Assembly (NCBI GenBank): GCA_964482735.1
Contig: CAYZYV010000001.1
Location: 16,172 to 80,171 of the forward strand
From: an uncultured Candidatus Saccharibacteria bacterium
GTDB lineage: Bacteria > Patescibacteriota > Minisyncoccia > Phycocordibacterales > UBA9973
Length of the DNA: 64,000 nt
Direction: 5' to 3'
The translations under genes were made by a program, and so were the position numbers. The notes under the pieces were generated by a model that saw only the letters and a list, made by a program, of their open reading frames with translations, searched no databases and had not been told where the DNA came from. Positions 30,346 through 40,123 of the stretch are shown here, one piece after another; the stretch's first letter is position 1; each line of letters starts with the position of its first letter.

Positions 30346-33300
30346 TTATTTTACCACCTTAATTACAAAAGTTAAATCTGCAATTTTTACTTCTATCCCA
30401 TCATTGTCTTCATACTCTATCGTCTTAGCAGATACTAATTTTTGAATATTTTCCTTAAAGAGGTTTACTAGATTTTTACCACTCTCATCGGTTTTGACTA
30501 CAAGAGTAATCACATCATTAGGATTCAACTCGTTTTTCTTTCTTATGTCTTGAATAGCCCTAACAAGTTCTCGATAATAACCCTCAAGTTTCAAATCTTC
30601 AGTGATATTTGTATCGAGAATAACCTCAAGTTCTTGTCCTTCTTCAAATTTTACATTTTTGATATTTAATTCATCTTTTAGAATAGAAACATATTCTTCT
30701 TTTAGGTTGTATTTTTTAAGTGTTATTTCACGAAGAGGTTGTCTAACAGGAATTCCTGCTTTTTGTCGGTTTTGTAAACCTAGTGTAACTATTTCTCTTA
30801 ATTCTTTCATTTCCTCTATGACTTTCTCTTCATAGCTAATAGCCTCTGGCCAGCTAGAGAAATGGACACTCTCCGGATCACCTTCTAATTTTAACTTCTG
30901 CCATATATCCTCGGCTGAAAATGGAGCGAACGGAGCAAATAGTCTCGCCATTGTTTTAAATACAAAATAGATGGTTTGTTTAGCTTCTGTGTCTCCATCT
31001 TTAATTCTGTCTCTTGAACGGCGTAAATACCATGTAGATAAATCATCTATAAAATTTCTAGCTGCCCTTACAGGCTCAAGTAATTTGTAATCTTCTGTGT
31101 TATCTGTCATAACTTTGATTAATTCTCCGAGCTTAGCCATAATCCAGATGTCCAGCACATTTTTACTTTTTGGCATATCGTTCGATTCAATTTTTGTATC
31201 TCTGTATAGTTCATAAAAAGCCAAAACATTATAGAACAAATTGAAAAACTTATTATTTAATTCTGCAACGGTTTTCTCATCAAAATTTTTCGGTTCACCA
31301 GGTTGATTGATTGAATACATCCAGAGACGAAGAGCATCCACTCCATATTTATCTATCATAAGCCACGGGTCTACTCCATTACCAAGCGACTTAGACATTT
31401 TCTTGCCATTAGCATCAAGCACAAGTCCGAGACAAATTACGTTCTTGAACGCTTTACCTTTGTTCATAATTGTTCCAACAGCATGAAGAGTATAGAACCA
31501 ACCTCTTGTTTGGTCTATTCCCTCACTAATAAAATCAGCAGGGTAAGAAATATCCTTTGTGCTAAATGGGTAATGACTCTGAGCAAAAGGCATGGACCCT
31601 GAATCAAGCCAAACATCCATAACTTCTTTTGTTCTTTCTAATTTACCACCACAATCACAAGTAAGATGAATATCATCAATATATGGTCTGTGTAGGTCTA
31701 ATTCATAATTTTCATCATGAGGAATTAGTTTGAAATCAAGTTCTCTAATTTCCGAATTGGTAAGACAAGAAAAGTTCTTTAACATTGAGAGAGATTCTTT
31801 TGCTCCGTAACCATTTATTCCTGCAATCATAAGCCAGGCTGGCCCTCCGTGGGTTACGATTAATATATTTTTATCTTGATATTTGTTTTCTAAATCGTAC
31901 AAGAAATCCATTGATCTTTTTCTCAACTCATTCCATGTCTCACTACCTTCTTCTGTTTTATAGAAATTTTCTTCTGTATTAGGATAATCATTGTGATAAT
32001 CTTGCCATGTTTTTCCTTCGTATTTAGAAACTTTGTATTCTGTTAAATTCTCATCTATCAAAATCTTTTCAGTATCGTATCCTAAAATTTTTGCAACTTC
32101 ATTTGCTGTTTCTTTTGCTCTTGTTACAGGAGAAGATATTATTAAGTCTATTTTTTCATCTTTGATTTTTTCTGCGTTATTTCTAGATTCAGTTATACCT
32201 TTCTCTGTTAGGTGACTTACTCGATATTCATCTTTTGTATTTATCTTTCCATCAATATTGTTTTCTGCCTCTCCATGACGCATAACAAAATACTTATTGC
32301 CAGAAGTTTTTGCTTTAGATTTTATATCTTCTAAACTTCCAAGTACTTCTATCTTGCCACAAGTATCACACTTCCAAACAGGAAGTGGTGTCCCCCAATA
32401 TCTTTCTCGTGATATTGCCCAATCTTTAATATCTTTTAGCCATTCACCAAATCTCCCCTCTTTTATGTAAGATGGTTCCCAGTTAATGTCTTCATTCTCT
32501 TTCATCATTTTGTCACGGAGAGCCGACATTTTTATATACCAAGAATCTCGAGCGTAGTAGACAAGGGCTGTTTTACATCTCCAGCAGTGAGGATATGTGT
32601 GTTCGTATTTTTCTTTTTTAAACAAGAGGTTTCTTCCTGATAAATCTTTCATTATATCTATTGCAACATCTTCATTTCTGACGAACCTTCCAGTCAAGAA
32701 ATCTGTTCCTTCTAAGAATTTTCCATCAAGCCCAACAAGGTGGCATTTAGGAAGCCCAACCTTATTACCCAAGTCGAAGTCATCTTGTCCATACATTGGA
32801 GCTATGTGTACAACACCTGTTCCATCTTCTGTTGTCACAAAATCTGCTCCATAAATTTTATAAGCATTTTCTAACTTTTGTTCTTCTTCTTTGTTAACCA
32901 AAGATTTTGTATATGGATATAGAGGCTCATAAGAAAGGCCAAGTAAGTCTTTACCTTTTAATTCCTTAACAATTTTATATTCACCATCCAAGATTGATAG
33001 ACGAGACTTCGCAAGAATCAAAAGTTCTCCGTTCTGTTCTACCAAAACATAATCAATATCTTCTCCAACAGCCAATGCAACATTCGAAGGAAGTGTCCAC
33101 GGCGTTGTTGTCCAAACTAAAACACAGATTTCTTCGCTCGCATGCTTCCCTGAAGAAATTTTAGAACACGAATCTCCTGTTAATTTAAATTTCACATACA
33201 CTGTAATATCTTTAACATCTTGGTATCCTTGAGCTAATTCGTGTGAAGAAAGCCCCGTTCCACATCTTGGACACCATGGCACAATTTTGTAATCTTTAAA

Positions 33301-33813
33301 AAGTAAATCTTGCTTGGAAGCTTCTTTAATAACATTCCAAACTGATTCAATGTAATCATTGTGATAAGTAACGTAAGGATTTTCTTGATCTACCCAAAAA
33401 CCTATTCTGTCTGTAAATTTATGCCACAAATCTGTGTAGTTCCATACGCTCTTCTTGCATTCTTTATTAAATTTATCTATTCCGTATTCTTCAATTTCCT
33501 TTTTCGATTCTAGGTTTAATTTTTTCTCAACTTCAATTTCTACAGGAAGACCATGAGTGTCCCATCCGCCTTTTCTGGTAACATGGTAACCTTGCATTGT
33601 CTTATAACGTAAAATAGCATCCTTAAAAGCCCTCGCTTCCAAGTGGTGAATTCCAGGCTTGCCATTAGCAGTTGGGGGACCTTCATAGAAAACATATTCC
33701 CCTTTTGGAGAATCTTTTTCTAAACTCTTTTCGAAAATTTTGTTCTCTTGCCAAAATTCTAAAACTTTTTCTTCCCGAAGTGTATTATTTGATTTTTCTT
33801 TTTCTTCATTCAT
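30346..33813 (-). CDS. ileS: Isoleucyl-tRNA synthetase carrying an inserted histidine-phosphatase (PGAM-like) domain within the zinc knuckle.
   Basis: IleRS signatures (GWDTHGLPVE, CP1 editing region, KMSKSLGN). Between CDTCGK (aa ~482) and HLTCDCGG (aa ~717) lies a ~165-aa module. It begins FVMRHGEAENN (RHGE at nt 32269-32280) and ends ILIVTHGGPAWLM, the two catalytic hallmarks of the histidine phosphatase superfamily. Confidence 0.9.
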   Translation of the reverse strand: MNEEKEKSNNTLREEKVLEFWQENKIFEKSLEKDSPKGEYVFYEGPPTANGKPGIHHLEARAFKDAILRYKTMQGYHVTRKGGWDTHGLPVEIEVEKKLNLESKKEIEEYGIDKFNKECKKSVWNYTDLWHKFTDRIGFWVDQENPYVTYHNDYIESVWNVIKEASKQDLLFKDYKIVPWCPRCGTGLSSHELAQGYQDVKDITVYVKFKLTGDSCSKISSGKHASEEICVLVWTTTPWTLPSNVALAVGEDIDYVLVEQNGELLILAKSRLSILDGEYKIVKELKGKDLLGLSYEPLYPYTKSLVNKEEEQKLENAYKIYGADFVTTEDGTGVVHIAPMYGQDDFDLGNKVGLPKCHLVGLDGKFLEGTDFLTGRFVRNEDVAIDIMKDLSGRNLLFKKEKYEHTYPHCWRCKTALVYYARDSWYIKMSALRDKMMKENEDINWEPSYIKEGRFGEWLKDIKDWAISRERYWGTPLPVWKCDTCGKIEVLGSLEDIKSKAKTSGNKYFVMRHGEAENNIDGKINTKDEYRVSHLTEKGITESRNNAEKIKDEKIDLIISSPVTRAKETANEVAKILGYDTEKILIDENLTEYKVSKYEGKTWQDYHNDYPNTEENFYKTEEGSETWNELRKRSMDFLYDLENKYQDKNILIVTHGGPAWLMIAGINGYGAKESLSMLKNFSCLTNSEIRELDFKLIPHDENYELDLHRPYIDDIHLTCDCGGKLERTKEVMDVWLDSGSMPFAQSHYPFSTKDISYPADFISEGIDQTRGWFYTLHAVGTIMNKGKAFKNVICLGLVLDANGKKMSKSLGNGVDPWLMIDKYGVDALRLWMYSINQPGEPKNFDEKTVAELNNKFFNLFYNVLAFYELYRDTKIESNDMPKSKNVLDIWIMAKLGELIKVMTDNTEDYKLLEPVRAARNFIDDLSTWYLRRSRDRIKDGDTEAKQTIYFVFKTMARLFAPFAPFSAEDIWQKLKLEGDPESVHFSSWPEAISYEEKVIEEMKELREIVTLGLQNRQKAGIPVRQPLREITLKKYNLKEEYVSILKDELNIKNVKFEEGQELEVILDTNITEDLKLEGYYRELVRAIQDIRKKNELNPNDVITLVVKTDESGKNLVNLFKENIQKLVSAKTIEYEDNDGIEVKIADLTFVIKVVK

Positions 33814-34208
33814 ATGTTTTCTATTTAATTAATAAGTTTAATAATCATTTTAGAAAATAAAAATAAGTCTTTGGGAAACGCCTTGCACAGAGCGACGGCT
33901 CGAGCAGAGAAATTTTTCAGCAGAAAAATATTCGTGCATTTCGAGAAGAGCTTATTTTTGTTTTCTCCTAACAAAAAAACTCGTCCTTGTATAACAATCA
34001 CAAAATTGTTACATAAGGACGAGTTTCAAAAAATTCTCGTGGTACCACCTTAATTCCCCCAAAAGGGCTTATTTTACAGCTTTTACGGGCTTACCCGCTA
34101 AGTTCTAATTTCCTTTTATGGATTTCTTCTTAGTGCTCAGAGGTGATATCCTCTTCAACGCTTCTTTATATATTATAACATATTTACCTTAAAATTAAAA
34201 GTTTGTTT

Positions 34209-35003
34209 TTATCGAACACATCGAACCTTATAAAGGTCTGAGGCCTTATAAGCATAATCAATTCTACCACTAACCGTATTAATTAAATAAGCCAAACTAG
34301 AATTTTTAATAGATGTATTATTAGTCCAGTAAAAGTAACCGTTAGAAAAACCCGTAGGATAATAAACGGTACTTCCTGAACCTTGATACCATGCATGAAA
34401 TAAAGTCCGTATTTGTTCAAAGGATGGAAGTCGTCCGCCGTTCGTAGCACAAGCAGTATTTGCCGTATTCCAACTCATTGTAGAGTCAGGGGTAACTGTA
34501 TCACCTAAAGAGGTAACACCTTGTGTATCCCATTTAACTATTCCGTTTTCATCAACAGACCAAGCCTTGAGTTCACCCGTGTCATATATTAAAGCCGTAG
34601 CTCCGAAACGTTGATAATCATCGCCAGGGTAGATTCCACCGCTTCCCGTTCCATAAAGACTAAAACATTTAACAATTACACCTTGATCAATTAGAGGTTT
34701 AGCAATTTTAGCTAAGTTGCCGGTAGTAGTATCACCTTGTGAGTCGTCTGAATTTAACCCCGTACATGCTAAATCGGTATCTGAAGAATTCGAATAAATA
34801 AAACTACCTTTGTTTAATTGGTTTAATGCAGCCTGATTGTATAGTTGTTTTAAAGTTGATTTAATTGTGGCTATCTTTCCCTTTTCTCTTGCAGAGTTCA
34901 GAGAAGCAATAACTACAGCAGAAAGAATACCAATGATAGCAATTACAACCAATAACTCTATCAACGTGAATGCTTTATTAGATTTTAGAGATTCCTTTTT
35001 CAC
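34209..35003 (-). CDS. Type IV pilin-like protein with a C-terminal DUF1566/Lcl-like domain (paralog 3). It starts at GTG.
   Basis: [31 protein letters not shown] and a conserved C-terminus ([27 protein letters not shown]...NGGRLPSFEQ...VRCVR). Confidence 0.7.
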   Translation of the reverse strand: MKKESLKSNKAFTLIELLVVIAIIGILSAVVIASLNSAREKGKIATIKSTLKQLYNQAALNQLNKGSFIYSNSSDTDLACTGLNSDDSQGDTTTGNLAKIAKPLIDQGVIVKCFSLYGTGSGGIYPGDDYQRFGATALIYDTGELKAWSVDENGIVKWDTQGVTSLGDTVTPDSTMSWNTANTACATNGGRLPSFEQIRTLFHAWYQGSGSTVYYPTGFSNGYFYWTNNTSIKNSSLAYLINTVSGRIDYAYKASDLYKVRCVR

Positions 35004-35009
35004 TTTTTT

Positions 35010-35015
35010 ATTATA
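35010..35015 (-). promoter_or_regulatory. TATAAT box 6 nt upstream of the pilin-3 GTG.
   Basis: cacttttttattatacca is conserved with paralog 1 over ~90 bp. Confidence 0.4.
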
Positions 35016-35043
35016 CCACAGTAGCTTTAAAACTAAACAGTTT

Positions 35044-35062
35044 CCCTAGGTCGGACCTAGGG
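35044..35062. repeat. Palindrome ccctaggtc-g-gacctaggg, shared with the pilin-1 upstream region.
   Basis: Perfect 9-bp arms. The homologous element sits at 13748-13768. Confidence 0.7.
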
Positions 35063-35121
35063 GAATACTTTACCCTCTCAAACCCATAGGTTTGGATGGG
35101 TAAAGAACTGTTATAACGACC

Positions 35122-35163
35122 ATTTACATGTTTTGTAAGCTATCGCTTACAAAACATGTAAAT
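35122..35163. repeat. Perfect palindrome with 19-bp arms (atttacatgttttgtaagc-tatc-gcttacaaaacatgtaaat).
   Basis: Seen directly in the sequence. Confidence 0.8.
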
Positions 35164-35276
35164 TGCAAAGTCTTGCCCATTCAGGTAAAAACACTCCCCC
35201 TTCTTATCTTTGGGATAAGGGGAATGATTATTTTACAAGCCGATATTCTGAAATCTTTTTTATTTTTACATTTACA

Positions 35277-35304
35277 TATTTGTGCGCGATCGCGCACAAA
35301 TATG
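35277..35304. repeat. 28-bp fully self-complementary palindrome atatttgtgcgcgatcgcgcacaaatat.
   Basis: It contains a GC-rich core, gcgcgatcgcgc, in an AT-rich context. Confidence 0.8.
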
Positions 35305-35333
35305 ACAACTCCTCACAAACAAAATAATCTTTA

Positions 35334-35365
35334 GTAAGTATTGTAATACGTATTACAATACTTAC
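35334..35365. repeat. 32-bp perfect palindrome gtaagtattgtaatacgtattacaatacttac.
   Basis: Seen directly in the sequence. Confidence 0.8.
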
Positions 35366-35412
35366 CACACGTAATTAAAAAATAGTCTACAACGGTTCGA
35401 GTAAGGACATAA

Positions 35413-35448
35413 TAAGAGTCCGGGCCTGTGCACAGGCCCGGACTCTTA
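35413..35448. repeat. 36-bp perfect palindrome taagagtccgggcctgtgcacaggcccggactctta.
   Basis: Its centre, cctgtgca...cagg, resembles the centre of the pilin-2 palindrome. Confidence 0.8.
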
Positions 35449-35515
35449 TTATCATATTTGCTTTCTATTCGTATCATTCGCATTCATTCGTGTATTTGTG
35501 TCGTGTTTGATTCCT

Positions 35516-37240
35516 TTACATTTTGTCTGGAATTTTTATACCAAGAAGCCATAGGCCATTCTCCATTGTTTGGTAAAAAGCTTTTATGAGGTCTAGATGA
35601 TATTTGGCACACTTGTTGTCATCAACTAAAATTCTTGTATTCCCATAGAAGGCGTTAAAGGTGCTTGCTAGTTCTGTCAGATATTTAACTATATGATGAG
35701 GCTCTAAGTTAAGATATGATTTTTCAACAACTTCACCAAATTGATATAGGTTCTTTTCTAATTCAAAAATTTCATCTGGTATTTCTTCTTTATCACTCAA
35801 ATCAAAATCTTTTGATTTTTCTAAAATCGAATTAGCACGAACTGCAGTGTACTGTAAATAAGGGCCTGAATCACCATCAAAAGAAATAGATTTTTCAAAG
35901 TCATAAGCAATATCAGAACCAAGTGATGATTTTAAAATAGAATAGCGAAGTGCTGAGACACCAACCCTCTCCGAAATTTGATTCTTTTCTTCATCGCTAA
36001 ATTCACGTTCTCTAATTTTTTCTCGAACGACAGAAATAGAATCGTTTATTAGAGACTCCCCAGTGATTATGTTTCCTTTTCGTGATGACATTTTACCTGT
36101 TGAAAGCTTCATCATTCCATGCGTTACATGCTTCATTTTCTTTTCCATTTCTGGATACATTAAAGATATGGCCTTTCTGACAACCTTCATATACTCAGCT
36201 TGTTCTATTGCAGTTGTAACGATTGAGATATCAAGGTCTTTTTCTTTTTCAAACTTAGTTAGAGTAAGACCGATCTCTTTTGTTTCATAAGTAGGAACTC
36301 CATGAGAATTGATAAAGACACGAGTGTGTAATTTTGGATCATAATTTTCTCCATGGAAAATAACGGCTCCGTCTGATTCCTCAAAAATTTTACCAATATT
36401 TTCTCGAACAATTTTCTCTCCTATGTGAACCATATCACTTTCAAAAAAGTAATACTTAAATTTCGTATCAAGAAGTTTATAAATTATTTCAAAAGCTTCG
36501 AGAGTAATTTCCCTCCCCCAATTATAAACATCTTTTATACTTTCATCCTTCAAAAAGATTTTCTTGTTTAATTCGTCTATTTCTTTCTTAACCGTCTCGT
36601 CATCGTCATAAATATTACTTGCCTTTGAATAGCATTCACCTATGTAAATCGCTTTCTCTGAAACATTTTTATTTTCATCGGGTAAGCCAAATTTATTAAG
36701 ACCATAAATAGCTTTGGCAACGTGAAGGCCTATATCTCCTTGATAGTTTGCTCTTATAGTTTCAGCACCAGAAAATTCAACGATTCTAGAAACCGATTCC
36801 CCTACAGCGTTGGCCATTAAGTGTCCTATGTGAAATGGCTTAAATGGATTTGGATCTGTATATTCAACCATGACCTTCTTACCTGCCAAAATTTCATTTT
36901 TGCCCCAATTCTCTTTCTTGTCTAATATCTCTTTTATCTTGTTTGTAAAAAACTCACGAGATAAATAAAAGTTTATAAACCCAGGACCAGCAATTTCTAT
37001 TTTCTCAATGCCTGATGATAAACTTTTTTCTATTTCTACTTTAATTTCCTCCGATAATTGTCTAGGGTTCTTTCCTGTTCTCTTCGCACAGACCATCGCC
37101 ACATTCGTCGAATAATCTCCATGGCTAAAATCATCAGGATGTTCAACCGTGAAATCTACATCTTTTATTCCAAGATTTTCTAAAACTTCTTTAATTTTAT
37201 TTTCTATTATTTTTTTCATTTTATTTTCCTGTTGAACCAA
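35516..37240 (-). CDS. argS: Arginyl-tRNA synthetase.
   Basis: Class I HIGH (PFHIGHLMANAVGES) and an MSSRKG (MSTR-like) motif. Length and domain order fit ArgRS. Confidence 0.9.
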   Translation of the reverse strand: MVQQENKMKKIIENKIKEVLENLGIKDVDFTVEHPDDFSHGDYSTNVAMVCAKRTGKNPRQLSEEIKVEIEKSLSSGIEKIEIAGPGFINFYLSREFFTNKIKEILDKKENWGKNEILAGKKVMVEYTDPNPFKPFHIGHLMANAVGESVSRIVEFSGAETIRANYQGDIGLHVAKAIYGLNKFGLPDENKNVSEKAIYIGECYSKASNIYDDDETVKKEIDELNKKIFLKDESIKDVYNWGREITLEAFEIIYKLLDTKFKYYFFESDMVHIGEKIVRENIGKIFEESDGAVIFHGENYDPKLHTRVFINSHGVPTYETKEIGLTLTKFEKEKDLDISIVTTAIEQAEYMKVVRKAISLMYPEMEKKMKHVTHGMMKLSTGKMSSRKGNIITGESLINDSISVVREKIREREFSDEEKNQISERVGVSALRYSILKSSLGSDIAYDFEKSISFDGDSGPYLQYTAVRANSILEKSKDFDLSDKEEIPDEIFELEKNLYQFGEVVEKSYLNLEPHHIVKYLTELASTFNAFYGNTRILVDDNKCAKYHLDLIKAFYQTMENGLWLLGIKIPDKM

Positions 37241-37643
37241 ACCCCTGCTCTCCCCTTACTGTATTTGATAATTCTTCGCTTTCTACAATATCACAATCTT
37301 CAAATTTTTGAATTATTAACTGGGCTATTTTATCTCCTTTTTTAATTTCTACTTCTTCATCATTTGTATTAAAAAGATGAAATAGCATTTCTCCTCGATA
37401 ACCTGCATCTATCACTCCACCCATCGTTTTTAATCCTTTTTTAAAAGCAATGCTTGATTTATCCCAGACCAAACCAACAAAGCCTTCAGGAATTTCAATA
37501 GCTACTCCTGAAAAAACATCCATCGTTTCTTTTGGCGGGAAAATGACATCTTCACTAGAATAAAAATCTATACCAGCATCTCCTGGATGACCTTTGGTCG
37601 GCAACTTAGCATCTTCTTTTAATTTTTTCACTCTTAATTTCAT
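37221..37643 (-). CDS. dut: dUTP diphosphatase.
   Basis: GDAGIDFYS, GLVWDKSSIAFKKGL and GGVIDAGYRGE dUTPase motifs. Its 3' end overlaps the argS start by 20 nt. Confidence 0.85.
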   Translation of the reverse strand: MKLRVKKLKEDAKLPTKGHPGDAGIDFYSSEDVIFPPKETMDVFSGVAIEIPEGFVGLVWDKSSIAFKKGLKTMGGVIDAGYRGEMLFHLFNTNDEEVEIKKGDKIAQLIIQKFEDCDIVESEELSNTVRGEQGFGSTGK

Positions 37644-37709
37644 GGTTTTATCTTAACATTTTTATAAAAAATTCAGAAATTAGTTATTTTATCTATACAT
37701 AGTAATTTT

Positions 37710-38882
37710 TTATTTTCTTAGTGTTTTATCTATCTTCCTAGCTAGAGTAATCATATCTTTTTCTTTCTTTCCACGAGTGGTTTCCGCACAAGTTCCAAGA
37801 CGAATTCCCGAGGGATCCATTGGACTACGTGAGTCGCCTGGAATTGTGTTCATGTTAACAATTATTCCAGCTTCTTCTAATTTTTCACTCGCCACTTTAC
37901 CAGGCAGTCCATCACCTTGCATCCATGTATCCATAAGAATCAAATGAGAGTCTGTTCCCCCAGAAATTATACGCCATCCAAGTTTTTTTAACCCGTTAGC
38001 TAACGTTCTTGCATTTTTAACCACCTGCTTTGCATACTGTTTAAATTCTAAACAATTTGCTTCTGCCAATGCTACAGCAACAGCTCCTATGGTATTCTCA
38101 TGCGGACCTCCATATAATCCAGGAATAATCGTCTTATCTATCTTATTATCAAAGCCACGATTATCTTTACGAACAAAGATTAAAGCATGTCTTGGTCCAC
38201 GAAGAGACTTATGGGTAGTGGTGACAACAGAATCGGCGTACGGAAAAGGCGATGGATATGCGCCTCCAGCTACAAGTCCTGAAAAATGAGACATATCCAC
38301 ATGAAGAAGAGAACCACATGCATCAGCTATCTCTCGAAATTTTTTAAAATCTACGATTCTCGGATACGCCGTAAAACCGCAAACAATAATATCTGGTTTT
38401 TCCTTAATAGCCAACTTTTTTAATTCATCATAATTAATTACTTCTGTTTTTGGGTCAAGTTCAAATTGAATTGGCTTCCAAAGTTTCCCAGTCATAGATG
38501 CTGGATGTCCGTGAGTCAAATGACCACCAGAAGAAAGTTTCATTCCCATTATTTTACCCCCGAGAGGAATTAGTGCGGAATACACTGCAAAATTAGCCGG
38601 GCTCCCGGATAATGCTTGAACATTTACATGCCAATCTTTATTTTTTAATTTAAAAAGTTTTAGAGCTCTTTCTATGCAAAGATTTTCTATCTTATCAATA
38701 ATTTTATTACCTCCATAATATCTTCGTCCTGGGTACCCTTCTGCATACTTATTGGTTAGCTTAGAACCAAGTGTTTTTAAAACATCTTCAGATACATAGT
38801 TTTCAGAGGCTATAAGATTTATTACACTTTTTTGTCTTTTTTCCTCTTCTTTAATTAGTTTCTCTACTTGTTTATCTTTCAT
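37710..38882 (-). CDS. glyA: Serine hydroxymethyltransferase.
   Basis: LIASENYVSEDVL, YAEGYPGRRYYGG and TTTHKSLRGPR (PLP lysine). Confidence 0.9.
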   Translation of the reverse strand: MKDKQVEKLIKEEEKRQKSVINLIASENYVSEDVLKTLGSKLTNKYAEGYPGRRYYGGNKIIDKIENLCIERALKLFKLKNKDWHVNVQALSGSPANFAVYSALIPLGGKIMGMKLSSGGHLTHGHPASMTGKLWKPIQFELDPKTEVINYDELKKLAIKEKPDIIVCGFTAYPRIVDFKKFREIADACGSLLHVDMSHFSGLVAGGAYPSPFPYADSVVTTTHKSLRGPRHALIFVRKDNRGFDNKIDKTIIPGLYGGPHENTIGAVAVALAEANCLEFKQYAKQVVKNARTLANGLKKLGWRIISGGTDSHLILMDTWMQGDGLPGKVASEKLEEAGIIVNMNTIPGDSRSPMDPSGIRLGTCAETTRGKKEKDMITLARKIDKTLRK

Positions 38883-38989
38883 TATAATTAGTGTGATATT
38901 TTAATTAATATCTAGTATTTTATCACGTTTGGAAAAAAACAAGAAAAGGTTATAATTATAAAGTTAAACCTTTACTATTAATTTAGTTT

Positions 38990-40063
38990 GTGTTAATTTT
39001 ATTAAAAATAACCTTAGAATTAAATAAAATGGAAAAACAATCAAACTTTAAAGCATTAAATATTTTCACTAAAATCTTTAATGAAATTAGGTACACCCTT
39101 AAAACCCTAATCAAAAAACACCACTTCAACAAACATGTGGATGTACAATATCTAAGACTACTCAAGAAAATCATGAAGAATGGAAACAATAAAGGAGACA
39201 GGACAGGAACCGGGACTAAATCTATTTTTGGTTACCAGATGAGATTTGACCTAAGTGAAGGGTTCCCTTTGCTAACCACAAAAAAACTTCCAATCAAAAC
39301 AATTATCCACGAACTTTTATGGTTTTTAAAAGGAGACACAAACCTAAAGTATTTAGTAGACAACAATGTCCACATCTGGGATGAATGGCCCTACAAAGCG
39401 TACTTAAATAAAAACAAAATTGCTATCCCTAAAACAGATAGTGAAGAGTGGAAAAACGGAATTAAAGAGTTTGTGGAAAGAATAAAGACAGATGCTAACT
39501 TCGCTAAAGAGTACGGAGACCTAGGTCCAATCTATGGGTATCAATGGAGAAATTGGCCAACACCAAACGGAGAAAAGATTGATCAAATAAAAGACATTAT
39601 TGATCAAATAAAAAAGACCCCGGATTCTCGTAGAATGATAATTTCCGCCTGGAACGTTTCTGATATAAACGAAATGGCGAAATCAGGACTTCCTCCGTGT
39701 CATTGTTTGTTCCAATTTTATGTAGCAAATGGAAAACTGTCTTGTCAGTTGTACCAAAGAAGTTGTGATACTTTTTTGGGAGTTCCTTTTAATATCGCTT
39801 CATATGCACTGTTAACCATGATGGTTGCTCAAGTCGCAGGTTTGGAACCTGGAGAGTTTATTTGGGTAGGTGGCGACACACACCTATATAACAATCATTT
39901 TAATCAGGTTAAAGAACAGTTAGGGCGAAGAACAAAAATTAGCCCCATGCCTATTATGAGGATAAACCCTGAGGTAAAAGAAATTGATCAATTTACAATC
40001 GACGACTTTGAACTCGTTGGATACAATCCTTGCGATTCAATCAAAGCACCAATCGCTGTATAG
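38990..40063 (+). CDS. thyA: Thymidylate synthase (ThyA type) with an N-terminal extension. The real start may be ATG 39029.
   Basis: [21 protein letters not shown] and the [11 protein letters not shown] catalytic Cys region. Confidence 0.9.
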   Translation: MLILLKITLELNKMEKQSNFKALNIFTKIFNEIRYTLKTLIKKHHFNKHVDVQYLRLLKKIMKNGNNKGDRTGTGTKSIFGYQMRFDLSEGFPLLTTKKLPIKTIIHELLWFLKGDTNLKYLVDNNVHIWDEWPYKAYLNKNKIAIPKTDSEEWKNGIKEFVERIKTDANFAKEYGDLGPIYGYQWRNWPTPNGEKIDQIKDIIDQIKKTPDSRRMIISAWNVSDINEMAKSGLPPCHCLFQFYVANGKLSCQLYQRSCDTFLGVPFNIASYALLTMMVAQVAGLEPGEFIWVGGDTHLYNNHFNQVKEQLGRRTKISPMPIMRINPEVKEIDQFTIDDFELVGYNPCDSIKAPIAV

Positions 40064-40068
40064 ATTTA

Positions 40069-40106
40069 AAAAATTTCCTTGTCATAAAGACAAGGAAATT
40101 TTTATT
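40069..40106 (+). terminator. Terminator hairpin after thyA.
   Basis: aaatttccttgtc-ataaa-gacaaggaaattt plus a T-run. Confidence 0.6.
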
Positions 40107-40123
40107 TATGTTATAATATAAAT

